From positions 64,001 through 128,000 of the forward strand of contig CAVYBU010000030.1 of NCBI GenBank assembly GCA_963766735.1: a stretch of 64,000 nt of DNA. The letters are read 5' to 3'. Positions within the stretch are counted from its first letter, which is position 1, and every line of letters starts with the position of its first letter. Of the stretch, positions 29,682 to 39,548 are shown piece after piece. The notes under the pieces are model-generated. The model searched no databases, was not told the DNA's origin, and worked only from the letters and a program-made list of their open reading frames with translations. A program made the position numbers and the translations under genes. The DNA is from an uncultured Chloroflexia bacterium. Its GTDB lineage: Bacteria > Chloroflexota > Limnocylindria > Limnocylindrales > CSP1-4.

Positions 29682-30707
29682 CTACGCCGTGACGAAATCG
29701 TCCGGCGCGGACCAGGAGTGCAGCGTGGCCAGGTAGTTGGCACGCTCGAAGGCCGTCGGGTCCTTGATCGTCGCGGCGCTCGCGCTGCCCCGCAGCTGGT
29801 TGACCGACTCGTACTCCCGCTCGGTCATCCAGGCGACCAGCTGATCCTGTACGGTCCGGATGTGATCCGGGCCGTCCCGAAGCACGGCCGATGCGACCAT
29901 GGCGACATCCGCACCGACCAGCAGCACCTTGAGCGCGTCGCTGCCCGAGTGCACGCCTGACGTGGCAGCCAGCCCCACGCCCGTGCCCAGCTGCGGGCGG
30001 AGGATGGCGATCCACCGCAATGGCATGCGCAGCTCCGAGGGGTGGCTCAGGGCAACCCGGTTGACAACGTCGAACGTGTCCAGGTCCAGGTCCGGCTGGT
30101 AGAAGCGGTTGAACAGCACGAGGCCGTTCGCCCCGGCCGCCACCGCCCGGCCCGCGAAGTTCGCGAGGGCGGAGTACGACGGTCCGAGCTTCACGGCCAG
30201 CGGGATGTCCACCGCCGCACGCACGGCCGCGATGAGCTGGAGGTCCATGTCCTCGCGGTCCACGGCCGTCATGCCCGGGTTCGCGGCCAGGTGGTACAGG
30301 TTGAGCTCCAGGGCGTCCGCCCCGGCATCCTGCATCAGGCGGGCGTAGCGGACCCAGCCGCCGGTGGTCGCCGCGTTCAGGCTGGCGATCACCGGGATCG
30401 TGAGGCTCTGCTTCGTCTTCTCGAGGCGCGTGAGGTAACGGTCCCCGATGCCCTTGAACGTGTCGATGCCCGGGAAGTAGCTCAGCGCCTCGGCGAAGGC
30501 CTCGGTGCCGGCTTCGAGGGCGCGGTTGAGCTCGATCTCCTCGTTGAGGATCTCCTCCTCGAACAGCGACGGCAGCACGACGGCGCCGACGCCGGCGTCC
30601 TCGAGCTGCTTCGCCGACACGGGGTCCCCCGTCAGGGGCGACGAGGAGGCGACGATCGGGGAGCGGAGCTCGAGCCCGAGGTAGCGGGTGCTCAGGTCGG
30701 GGGTCAC
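29682..30707 (-). CDS. Dihydroorotate dehydrogenase-like flavoprotein (nifJ-associated)
   Basis: SLFEE, PVIASLN, ELNLY, LFNRFYQPD, TSGVH, FERANY. Confidence 0.9.
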   Translation of the reverse strand: MTPDLSTRYLGLELRSPIVASSSPLTGDPVSAKQLEDAGVGAVVLPSLFEEEILNEEIELNRALEAGTEAFAEALSYFPGIDTFKGIGDRYLTRLEKTKQSLTIPVIASLNAATTGGWVRYARLMQDAGADALELNLYHLAANPGMTAVDREDMDLQLIAAVRAAVDIPLAVKLGPSYSALANFAGRAVAAGANGLVLFNRFYQPDLDLDTFDVVNRVALSHPSELRMPLRWIAILRPQLGTGVGLAATSGVHSGSDALKVLLVGADVAMVASAVLRDGPDHIRTVQDQLVAWMTEREYESVNQLRGSASAATIKDPTAFERANYLATLHSWSAPDDFVTA

Positions 30708-33700
30708 GCCTCGTCTCCCTTCTCGCCGGCGCCGAGCGCGGCGACCAGATCCGCGTTCGCGTCAACGGCATTGACGTGGGGCACGCTGCGGCGCATGCCC
30801 GCCAGCTGCTCGTAGTAGCGCCATCGCTCGTCGGCGTCGGCCTGGGCGAGCTCCGCGAGCTGCGCGGCACGCTCCGGGTCTGTGCGCTCCAGGATGGCGA
30901 ACCGCGTCTCGGTGGCCACGAACTCCCGGATGGGAATGGACGGCTTGGCGGAGTCCAGCTTGAACGGCTGTCCGTCCTCCACCTCGCTGGGCTGGAACCG
31001 GTAGAGCGGCCAGTAGCCGCTCTTGACGGCGTCCTTCTGGTGCGACATCGAGCGCGACATGTCGATGCCGTGGGCGATGCAGGTCGAGTAGGCGATGATC
31101 AGCGAGGTGCCCGGCCAGGCGTCCGCCTCGAGCAGGGCCTTGGTCGTCTGGGCATCGTTGGCACCCATCGAGACCTGCGCCACGAATACGTTGCCGTAGG
31201 CCCGGGCGATCGCACCCAGGTCCTTCTTGCCGGTCGACTTGCCGGCAGCCGCGAACTTCGCGACCGCGCCCCGCGGCGTGGCCTTGGAGGCCTGGCCGCC
31301 GGTGTTGGAGTAGACCTCGGTGTCGAGGACCAGGATGTTGACGTTCCTGCCCGACGAGAGGACCTGGTCCAGCCCTCCGAAGCCGATGTCGTAGGCCCAC
31401 CCGTCGCCACCGACGATCCAGACGCCCTGGCGGACGAGATCCGCGCTGAGCGCGAGGAGCTGGCGGGCGTCCTCGCCGTGGTCGCCGTCGATGCCCTCGA
31501 TCAGCTCCCGGAGGCGGTCCACACGGGCGCGCTGGGCGATGATCTCGGGCTCGGTCTCCTGCGGGCTGTCGAGCAGCTCGCGCACGAGGTCGTCGCCCAC
31601 GATGGGGGCCACGCGCTGGAGCAGGTCGCGGGCGAAGGTCGTCTGCGCGTCGAGCGCGAGGCGCATGCCCAGGCCGAACTCGGCGTTGTCCTCGAACAGG
31701 GAGTTCGCCCAGGCGGGACCCCGGCCCTGGGCGTTGACCGTCCACGGGGTGGTCGGCAGGTTGGCACCGTAGATCGACGAGCAGCCGGTGGCGTTGGCCA
31801 CGATCATCCTGTCGCCGAACAGCTGGGTCACGAGGCGCAGGTAGGGCGTCTCGCCGCAGCCGCCGCAGGCGCCGGAGAACTCGAACAGCGGCTCGAGGAC
31901 CTGGGAGCCCTTGACCGTGTCGTGCGGGATCAGGCTGCGGTCGAGCGGGGCGATCGCCGTGAAGGCGTCCCAGCGCTCGCGCTCCGCGTCCCGGTGATCG
32001 AGGTAGGCCTCCATGTTGATGGCCTTGTGACCCACGTCCGTCTTGCTCTTGGCGGGGCAGACGTCAACGCACACGCCGCACCCGGTGCAGTCGTCCGGGG
32101 CGACCTGGATGGTGAGGCGGTGGTCCAGGAGCTCGCGGGACTTGAACTCCTTGCTGGCGAACCCGACGGGGGAGGCGGGGAGCGCCGCCTCCGGGTAGAC
32201 CTTCATCCGGATTGCCGCGTGCGGGCAGACCATCGCGCACTTGCCGCAATCGATGCAGATCGCCTCGTCCCAGATCGGGATGAGCTGGGCGATCGCACGC
32301 TTCTCGTACCTGGTCGTGCCGGTGGGGAACGTGCCGTCCACGGGCAGCGCACTCACCGGCAGCAGGTCGCCCTCGCCGGCCATGAGGCGGGCCGTGACGT
32401 CGCGGATGAAGTCAGGCGCCGTGTCGGGGACGAGGGACCGGATCGGCCGGGCCTCTCCGACCGGCCGCAGGGCCACCTTGCCCAGTCGCTCGATCGAGAG
32501 GTCGATCGCAGCGTAGTTGCGCTTGACGACGGCATCGCCGCGCTTCGCATAGGTCTTCTTGACGAAGTCCTTGATCCGCTCGACTGCCTCCTCGGCCGGC
32601 AGGACGCCGGAGAGGTGGAAGAAGCAGGGCTGCATGATCGTGTTGATGCGGTTGCCCATGCCGGTCTCGGCCGCCACCGCCATCGCGTCGATCACCCACA
32701 GGCTGATCTGCTTCTCCACCAGCTGGTGCTGGATCTCGACGGGAAGGTGATCCCAGACCTCGTCGGGGCCGTACGGCGAGTTGAGCAGGAATGTGGCGCC
32801 CCGCTTGGCGTGCTCCAGGACCTTGACGGTCTGGAGCAGGCCGAACTGGTGGCAGGCCACGAAGTCCGCGTCGTCCACGAGGTACGTGGAGCGGATGGGC
32901 TCCGGCCCGAAGCGCAGGTGCGAGGCGGTGACGCTGCCGGACTTCTTGGAGTCATAGACGAAGTAGCCCTGGGTGTAGAGATCCGTCCCCTCTCCGATGA
33001 TCTTCACCGACGCCTTGTTCGCGCCGACGGTCCCGTCCGAGCCGAGGCCGTAGAACAGGGCCTGCACCTCACCTGCCGGCCGCGGGTGTCCGAACGACGT
33101 CGCGATCGGAAGGCTGAGGTTGGTGACGTCGTCGTAGATGCCGACCGTGAAGTGGCGCTTCGGCTTCGCGGCGAGCATCTCGTCGAAGATCGGCTTGATC
33201 ATCGACGGCGTGAACTCCTTGGAGGAGAGGCCGTAGCGGCCGCCGATGACGCGCGGGATCGTCGCGAACGGCGGGTCGTCGCGGTCCATCGCCTCGGCCA
33301 GGGTGGCAACCACCGCCTGGTACATCGGCTCGCCGACGGCGCCCGGCTCCTTGGTGCGGTCGAGCACGGCGATCGCGCGGACCGTCTTCGGGAGTGCGGC
33401 CACGAGCTGCTCGCTGGGGAACGGCTGGAAGAGCCGGATGGTGATCATCCCGATCTTCTCACCGGCGGCGACCAGGGTGTCCACGGTCTCCTCGACCGCG
33501 CCCGCCCCGGAACCCATCACCACCACGACGCGGTCTGCGTCCGGAGCGCCGTGGTACTCCGCCAGCGAGTAGCGGCGGCCTGTCTGGGCGGCCAGCTCGT
33601 CGAAAACCTCCTGCACGATCCCGGGCACCGCGTCGTGGTACGGGTTGCACGCCTCGCGGGCCTGGAAGAACACGTCGGGGTTCTGCGCGGTACCGCGCAC

Positions 33701-34342
33701 GACCGGCGTCTCGGAGGTGAGGCCGCGGCGGCGGAACGCGAGGAGGTCTTCCTCGCGAATCAGCGCGCGGATCTGCTCGTAATCCAGGACCGAGATCTTG
33801 TTGACCTCGTGGCTCGTCCGGAAACCGTCGAAGAAGTGGAGGAACGGCACCCGGGCCCGCAGCGTGGCCGCGTGGGCGACCAGCGCGAAGTCGTGCGCCT
33901 CCTGGACCGAGCCCGCCGCCATCATCGCCCATCCCGTCGCACGGGCATGCATGACGTCGCTGTGGTCGCCGAAGATCGAGAGGGCGTGGGTCGCGAGCGT
34001 CCGCGCCGCCACGTGGATCACCGAAGGCGTGAGCTCGCCGGCGATCTTGAACATGTTCGGGATCATCAGGAGCAGGCCCTGCGACGCGGTGAACGTCGTC
34101 GCGAACGCGCCCTTCTGCAGCGCCCCGTGCATCGCGCCGGCGGCGCCGGCCTCTGACTGCATCTGGGCCACGGCGGGCACGGCGCCCCAGAGGTTCGGAC
34201 GGCCGGCCGCGGACCAGTCATCGCAGTACTCGGCCATCGGCGAGGCCGGGGTGATCGGGTAGATCGAGATGACCTCGCTCACGGCGTAGGCAACGCGGGC
34301 GGCAGCCTCGTTGCCATCGAGGCACTCCCAGTGCTGATCCAT
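30704..34342 (-). CDS. nifJ: Pyruvate:ferredoxin (flavodoxin) oxidoreductase
   Basis: YPITPAS, QSEAGAAG, GLGSDGTVG, two CxxCxxCxxxCP motifs, GACGGCGE, GGDGWAYDIG. Confidence 0.96.
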   Translation of the reverse strand: MDQHWECLDGNEAAARVAYAVSEVISIYPITPASPMAEYCDDWSAAGRPNLWGAVPAVAQMQSEAGAAGAMHGALQKGAFATTFTASQGLLLMIPNMFKIAGELTPSVIHVAARTLATHALSIFGDHSDVMHARATGWAMMAAGSVQEAHDFALVAHAATLRARVPFLHFFDGFRTSHEVNKISVLDYEQIRALIREEDLLAFRRRGLTSETPVVRGTAQNPDVFFQAREACNPYHDAVPGIVQEVFDELAAQTGRRYSLAEYHGAPDADRVVVVMGSGAGAVEETVDTLVAAGEKIGMITIRLFQPFPSEQLVAALPKTVRAIAVLDRTKEPGAVGEPMYQAVVATLAEAMDRDDPPFATIPRVIGGRYGLSSKEFTPSMIKPIFDEMLAAKPKRHFTVGIYDDVTNLSLPIATSFGHPRPAGEVQALFYGLGSDGTVGANKASVKIIGEGTDLYTQGYFVYDSKKSGSVTASHLRFGPEPIRSTYLVDDADFVACHQFGLLQTVKVLEHAKRGATFLLNSPYGPDEVWDHLPVEIQHQLVEKQISLWVIDAMAVAAETGMGNRINTIMQPCFFHLSGVLPAEEAVERIKDFVKKTYAKRGDAVVKRNYAAIDLSIERLGKVALRPVGEARPIRSLVPDTAPDFIRDVTARLMAGEGDLLPVSALPVDGTFPTGTTRYEKRAIAQLIPIWDEAICIDCGKCAMVCPHAAIRMKVYPEAALPASPVGFASKEFKSRELLDHRLTIQVAPDDCTGCGVCVDVCPAKSKTDVGHKAINMEAYLDHRDAERERWDAFTAIAPLDRSLIPHDTVKGSQVLEPLFEFSGACGGCGETPYLRLVTQLFGDRMIVANATGCSSIYGANLPTTPWTVNAQGRGPAWANSLFEDNAEFGLGMRLALDAQTTFARDLLQRVAPIVGDDLVRELLDSPQETEPEIIAQRARVDRLRELIEGIDGDHGEDARQLLALSADLVRQGVWIVGGDGWAYDIGFGGLDQVLSSGRNVNILVLDTEVYSNTGGQASKATPRGAVAKFAAAGKSTGKKDLGAIARAYGNVFVAQVSMGANDAQTTKALLEADAWPGTSLIIAYSTCIAHGIDMSRSMSHQKDAVKSGYWPLYRFQPSEVEDGQPFKLDSAKPSIPIREFVATETRFAILERTDPERAAQLAELAQADADERWRYYEQLAGMRRSVPHVNAVDANADLVAALGAGEKGDEA

Positions 34343-34622
34343 CAGTCTTCTGCATCCTTTCGGGCGGCGCGAGCCACCCGGGTCCTGGTGGCGGCGGGGA
34401 CGGGAATCGGCAAGGCGCGGAGCCTTCGATGCCAGCACCAAGTTTGCGCCACCCGAGCCGCGCGCGGGCAGGCGATCGGAACTGTCCAGGCGGCCCCCCG
34501 GTCACCGGATTACGTGCGCTCAGGGGGCCGTTTGGCCCTCGAAGCGCCCGGCCGGGCCCGCCGCGGGCCGGTGCCCCCTGCACGGCTCCCGGCGAGCGGC
34601 GATTCAGGGCACCATAGCGTCC

Positions 34623-35459
34623 ATGCCAGCCCGTGATGCCGCCCGCGACGATGCCTGGCGCGCCGTCCGCGCGGCCTCGCCGCCCGGCTCCGCAGGCCCA
34701 AAGCGCGCGAGGCTCACGTTCCTCGGCCACTCCACGGTGCTCATCGAGGTTGACGATCTCCGGATCCTCACCGACCCGGTGCTTCGCCGGGGTCTCGGCC
34801 CGGTCCGCCGTCAGGTGCAAGCGGTCCTGCCCGAGCTGTTCGCGGATCTCGACGCGGTGTTCATCAGCCACGGTCACCACGACCACCTCGATCCGCCGTC
34901 GCTCCGCAGGATCCCCGGCCGGCCCACGGTGATCGTGCCGCGTGGCTTCGGGCGGACCGTGGCCAAGATCGGGCTCGGCCCGGTGGAGGAGGTTGAGCCG
35001 GGCGACCGCCTGACCATCGACCAGGTCCATGTCGAGATCGTCCGTGCCGAGCACTCCGGCCGGCGTGAGCCGCTCGGACCGGAGGGTCCCGCGCTGGGCT
35101 GCGTGGTGGCGGGCTCGCGCACGATCTACTTCCCCGGAGACACCGACGTCTTCCCCGAGATGGCCGCCCTGGCCGGACGCCTGGACGCGGCGTTGCTGCC
35201 GGTCTGGGGCTGGGGCCCGACGATCGGGCCAGGGCACATGAACCCGGAGCGGGCGGCGGAGGCAGCCGCGATCCTGCGCCCCGCGCTCGCGGTCCCGATC
35301 CACTTCGGGACGTTCTACCCAGCGGGCTTGCGGCGATTCGTGCCGGAGCCGTTCGAGACGCCGGGCTCGGCCTTCGTCGAGGCCGCGGCCCGCCTGGCGC
35401 CCGGGATCCCGGTCCGGCTCCTGACGCCCGGCGAGGCCATCGACCTGCCAGCCCGGTAG
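34623..35459 (+). CDS. MBL-fold metallo-hydrolase
   Basis: LGHST, LTDP, SHGHHDH, GDT, PIHFGT. Confidence 0.88.
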   Translation: MPARDAARDDAWRAVRAASPPGSAGPKRARLTFLGHSTVLIEVDDLRILTDPVLRRGLGPVRRQVQAVLPELFADLDAVFISHGHHDHLDPPSLRRIPGRPTVIVPRGFGRTVAKIGLGPVEEVEPGDRLTIDQVHVEIVRAEHSGRREPLGPEGPALGCVVAGSRTIYFPGDTDVFPEMAALAGRLDAALLPVWGWGPTIGPGHMNPERAAEAAAILRPALAVPIHFGTFYPAGLRRFVPEPFETPGSAFVEAAARLAPGIPVRLLTPGEAIDLPAR

Positions 35460-35557
35460 CCGGGCTGGCAGGGCACGCAGACGTAGACTGACTCGGAACC
35501 CAACGCGACCGGGCGCCCGCCCAGGTCTCGACCCACAAGCCCGCGTGGAGACCGCAC

Positions 35558-36428
35558 ATGCATCGACAACTCCTCGCCAAGCGCGCCACGCTGCGCCTCG
35601 TGGCCCCGCTCGCCGCCGTGGCCGTGGTCCTCGCTGCCTGCTCGACGGGCGGCGGCTCAACCGGAGCTGGCGCGGCATCTCCGACCGCCGTCGCCGAAGT
35701 GCCGTCCGAGGCACCAGGGGGCGCCTCCGCCCTCGAGGGCACGAACTGGCAGCTGACTGGCTACGCGGGGCCGCAGGGAAACGCGGTCCCGGTCCCCGAG
35801 CTGGTGGCTGCTACCGCCGTGTTCGAGGGAGGGACGGTCTCCGGCAACGCCGGCTGCAACTCCTTCACCGGCAGCTACACGCTGGACGGCGATACGCTCA
35901 CGGTCGGCCTCCTGGGGATGACCAAGATGGCCTGCCCCGATGTCCAGATGGCCCTCGAGTCGGCCTTCACGACCGTGCTGGGCAACGTGGTGACGTGGTC
36001 AATCAGGGGTGACGTCCTGGAGCTCCATGACCGAGGACGGCAAGGTCGGTCTCACGTTTGTCGCGGTTGCGAATCCTGCGCTCACCGGTACGCGGTGGGT
36101 CGCGACCGGGATCAACAACGGCAAGGGTGCCGTCACGAGCGTCGTGGGCGGCGTCGAGGTGACCGCTGTCTTTGCCGAGGACGGCAACGTGGCGGGCTCG
36201 GGCGGCTGCAACGGGTACAGCGCCACCTACACCGTCGACGGATCGAGCATCAGGATCGGTCCGACCGCGGGGACGATGATGGCCTGTGAGGACGACGTCA
36301 ACACCCAGGAGACCGCGTACTACGCGGCGCTGGCGGCGGCCACCACATTCGGTTTCCGTGACGGCAACCTTGAGCTGCGGGACGACGGTGGCGCGCTCCA
36401 GGTCTCGTACCGGGCCACGATCCCCTGA
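35558..36428 (+). CDS. Lipoprotein with two META/HslJ domains, frameshifted near 36026
   Basis: Lipobox LAAC; domain 1 GNAGCNSF..TKMAC; domain 2 (another frame) GSGGCNGY..TMMAC. Confidence 0.8.
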
Positions 36429-36495
36429 CCTCATCCCGGCCACTCCAGCCCGACTGCCACGCTGCGAGGCGCGGATGTCGGCAGCGACCCCGTGG

Positions 36496-37173
36496 CTACC
36501 CGGGTCGCGCGGAACCGTCGACCGCCACCGGGACTTCAGGCTCGGTTGGCGCCTCCACCTCCGCGGGCGCCTCCGCCTCGACGGGAAGCACCTCCGGATC
36601 GGGGATCCCCGCTGTGGCCGGCTGGATCGGCTCGTCCGGCAGTGTCTCCACGGGGCCACGCCCGGCTGCGACGCCGCGCGCCCGTTCCGACGTGCCCTTG
36701 AGGGCACCGCCGACTCTCTCACCGAGCCCTTGGGTCAGGCTGCTGGTCCTGGCCGCGATCCGTTCGCGCCTCGCCTTGCCTCGCCTGGGATCGAGGAGCA
36801 CGGCGGCCACCAGGCCCACACCGATGCCCGCTGCAAACCCGACAGCGAGGTGGGCGGTCCGGCTCTGGGCCCAACCCCGGGAATAGGCGCGGTCGTAGCG
36901 GTCACGGTCCGTCCCCGGCCAGTCGCGCTCCAGACGTGCGACGAGCGCCTGCAGACGGGGCGTCGAAGCCGCGCCGCGGATGCGCCCGCCGATCTCGTCC
37001 ATGCGGTCGTCGAGGCGCAGGTCGCCGCCGGCCTTCACCAGGTCGCGCCGGACGTTGCGCGCGAGCTCGGTCGCATGATCGAGGCGAGCCTTGGTCGCGC
37101 CGGGTTCGTCGGCGAGCAGGGCGGTGTCGATGCGGACGGGAAACGCTTCTCGCGCGCGGTCGAGGATGGTCAC
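36496..37173 (-). CDS. Hypothetical protein with a YtxH-like TM segment
   Basis: GIGVGLVAAVLLDPRRGKARRE resembles YtxH; GGAGG RBS before the GTG. Confidence 0.7.
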   Translation of the reverse strand: MTILDRAREAFPVRIDTALLADEPGATKARLDHATELARNVRRDLVKAGGDLRLDDRMDEIGGRIRGAASTPRLQALVARLERDWPGTDRDRYDRAYSRGWAQSRTAHLAVGFAAGIGVGLVAAVLLDPRRGKARRERIAARTSSLTQGLGERVGGALKGTSERARGVAAGRGPVETLPDEPIQPATAGIPDPEVLPVEAEAPAEVEAPTEPEVPVAVDGSARPG

Positions 37174-37327
37174 GTGGCGGGCCCTCCGTCTGGCTTCTCC
37201 GCATCAACGTGTGAGCGGGATCGTGGTGCACCGGCTGACGGTCCGGGGCGAGCATCACGGATCCACAGGATAGCCCGGGCCGGCGCCGTGCGGCAATCCT
37301 GACCGGTCTTCGTGACGCACATCCCAA

Positions 37328-37358
37328 CGTCCGTCCGCCGTCCCGTCCGTCCGTCCGC
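37328..37358. repeat. Short (CGTC)n-type imperfect microsatellite
   Basis: cgtccgtccgccgtcccgtccgtccgtccg. Confidence 0.55.
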
Positions 37359-37528
37359 CGCCCCCGCCGCTCGTCCATCGACCTGGTGACACATAGCGGA
37401 ACCGCGGGTGCGGGGTGCGACGTGGCGGGACGGGGCCGGTGGCGCGAGAACGGGGTCGGGACGGGAGGAAGCCCCAGCGCTGAGGATGGAGCAGATGCGC
37501 CCCCTTGGTTCACGATCTGAATTGGGAC

Positions 37529-37557
37529 TTGACATAATGGTAAACAGGACTTATAAA
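37529..37557 (+). promoter_or_regulatory. Near-consensus sigma70 promoter of the DUF2089 operon
   Basis: TTGACA (37529-37534), 17-bp spacer, TATAAA (37552-37557) in an AT-rich patch. Confidence 0.8.
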
Positions 37558-37591
37558 ACCGAAAGCAATCTACGCTTTATGGGGTTCGGTC

Positions 37592-38029
37592 GTGCTCTAT
37601 GACATCATCGCCACCTGTCCCGTCTGCACGGGTGAGCTCGCGGTGACGCGGCTGCGCTGCGGCAACTGCGGGACGACCATCGAGGGGGAGTTCGGGGTGG
37701 GGCGGTTCGCCAGCCTCACCCGCGAGCAGACGCAGGTCCTGGAGAGCTTCCTGCGCAGCCGCGGCAACCTCCGCGACATGGAGCGGGAGCTCGGGATCAG
37801 CTACCCGACGGTTCGCGCCCGCGTGGAGGCGCTGATCCGCGCCCTCGGGTTCGGGCCCCGGGACGAGGCGGATCCGGCCCCGAGCGGCGGGGCTCAGCCG
37901 GGCGCCGCCCCCACCGCAGATGAGAGCCAGGCCGCCCGGCGCGACATCCTGGAGCGCCTCGCCGCGCACGAGCTGAGCGCCGAGCAGGCCGCCGAGGCCA
38001 TTCGCGCGCTGGGAGGGAACGCCAAGTGA
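37592..38029 (+). CDS. DUF2089 family zinc-ribbon/HTH protein
   Basis: CPVC..CGNCGTTIEGEF, SRGNLRDMERELGISYPTVRAR, C-terminal SHOCT-like helix pair. Confidence 0.9.
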   Translation: MLYDIIATCPVCTGELAVTRLRCGNCGTTIEGEFGVGRFASLTREQTQVLESFLRSRGNLRDMERELGISYPTVRARVEALIRALGFGPRDEADPAPSGGAQPGAAPTADESQAARRDILERLAAHELSAEQAAEAIRALGGNAK

Positions 38030-39120
38030 CAGCGAACGCAGCCATCATCTCCCACGCCCGCGAGCTGCCGCTGGACCCGGGTGGGTCCGTGGAGATCGTC
38101 CTCGCGGCCAGCGACCTGAGGATCCGCGGGATCGACGGTGACCGGGTGGTCGTCAGGGCCCGGGACGGCAAGCCCCTGGACGATCGCGTCCACTTCGAGA
38201 CCGCCCCCGGCGTCGTCCGCATCCGGGACGGCGAGGGCGGCTTCCGGGACGGCGAGGGCGGGTTCAAGCTGGGACCGGTCCAGGTGCGCATTCGTCGTTC
38301 CCCGGACCTCGACATCGAGCTTCCCCGGACCGCCGTGGTCTCGCTCCGCACGACGAGCGGTGACGTGGAAGCCCTCGGGATCGGCGGCGCCAGCCGATGG
38401 GCGTCGGCGTCGGGTGACCTGCGGGTCTCCGTGTCTGCCGGTCCGGTGCACCTGGACACGATGGCGGGCGATGCCGTCCTCGAGTCCTCGGTCGATATCG
38501 CCCTGACGGCTCGGACGGTGTCCGGTGACCTGAAGGTCCGGGCGCCGCGCCTGGAGACCCTCGACGCCAGCACCACCAGCGGGGACATCCGGGTGGAGGG
38601 GGACCTCGCCCAGGGCGCCCGCCACAGCATCAGCTCCGTCTCGGGCGACGTCGACATCATCACGGGCAGCCCGGTCCGCCTGGAGGCCCAGACCATCGCC
38701 GGCGACATCCGGGCGACCGGGCCGCACGCCACGGAGGGTGGCCAGGGACGCCGCACGCTGGTCGTGGGCAAGGGATCCGTTCCGCTGTCCGTGCGCACGA
38801 CCTCGGGCGACGTTCGGCTCCGGATCGTGAGCGGACCCGGGATCCTCGCCCCGCAGCCTCCGGTGGTCGCCGTGGCGCCGGCCCCGCCCGAGCTCACCGC
38901 CCAGCCGCCGGCGCTCGACCCAGCCAGTGAGCCCCGACCTCTCAACGAGGAGGACACCCAGGCCTGGAACGCCCCTGAGCCGGCGATCGACCGGCGCGAG
39001 GCCGATCGCCTGGATGTGCTCCGGGCCCTCGAGCGCGGGGACGTCGACATCGAGACGGCCTCCCGTCACCTCGAGGCGCTGGACGAAGCCGGCCCTCGCT
39101 CCTTCCGGGGGTGGTGCTGA
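38026..39120 (+). CDS. DUF4097 beta-strand repeat protein (YvlB/LiaX-like) with a C-terminal SHOCT-like motif
   Basis: Repeated T-x-SGD-I/V units; GTGA overlap with the upstream gene. Confidence 0.87.
   Translation: MTANAAIISHARELPLDPGGSVEIVLAASDLRIRGIDGDRVVVRARDGKPLDDRVHFETAPGVVRIRDGEGGFRDGEGGFKLGPVQVRIRRSPDLDIELPRTAVVSLRTTSGDVEALGIGGASRWASASGDLRVSVSAGPVHLDTMAGDAVLESSVDIALTARTVSGDLKVRAPRLETLDASTTSGDIRVEGDLAQGARHSISSVSGDVDIITGSPVRLEAQTIAGDIRATGPHATEGGQGRRTLVVGKGSVPLSVRTTSGDVRLRIVSGPGILAPQPPVVAVAPAPPELTAQPPALDPASEPRPLNEEDTQAWNAPEPAIDRREADRLDVLRALERGDVDIETASRHLEALDEAGPRSFRGWC
38222..38263 (+). repeat. 21-bp in-frame tandem duplication (RDGEGGF x2)
   Basis: tccgggacggcgagggcggct followed by tccgggacggcgagggcgggt. 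Confidence 0.8.
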
Positions 39121-39548
39121 TGGCCACCGATCCGCTGGAGCAGGTCCTCAGACTCGTCGCCGACGGCACTGTCAGCGCCGAGGAAGCCGCTTCGATCCTT
39201 GCCGCGCTCGACGCCCGGTCCGGGCACACCGCGACGGCCGGCACCGGGGACACCCGGAAGGCCCCGCCCCGCGACGTGCCGCCCGCCGGCTCCAGCCACG
39301 GCTCCCAGCCCGACGTCGACGCCGGCGGTCGAGCGGCGGTGTCGCTCCGGCTCGAGGTCAGCGAGGGCGGCCGCCAGATCGTGAACCTCCGCCTGCCGAT
39401 CGCCGTCGGCCGCCTGGCCCTGGACCGCGTGCCCGGGCTTTCCGGGGACCAGGTTGACCGCGTCCGCGAGGCGCTCAACAGCGGCATGCGAGGTCCGGTC
39501 CTGGAGGTCGACGACGGCGACAACGTGGTCCGGATCGTCCTGGAGTGA
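39120..39548 (+). CDS. SHOCT-like domain protein
   Basis: N-terminal VLRLVADGTVSAEEAASILAAL; C-terminal VNLRLPI..GPVLEVDDGDNVVRIVLE. Confidence 0.8.
   Translation: MATDPLEQVLRLVADGTVSAEEAASILAALDARSGHTATAGTGDTRKAPPRDVPPAGSSHGSQPDVDAGGRAAVSLRLEVSEGGRQIVNLRLPIAVGRLALDRVPGLSGDQVDRVREALNSGMRGPVLEVDDGDNVVRIVLE

Noticed and set aside
30776-34156. 1126-aa plus-strand ORF and similar long antisense ORFs (e.g. 7216-9060, 10079-12079, 13052-15232, 55485-57683, 58276-60369, 60784-62733)
   Set aside because: These are shadow ORFs opposite well-supported genes. They are expected from high-GC codon bias and have no recognisable motifs.
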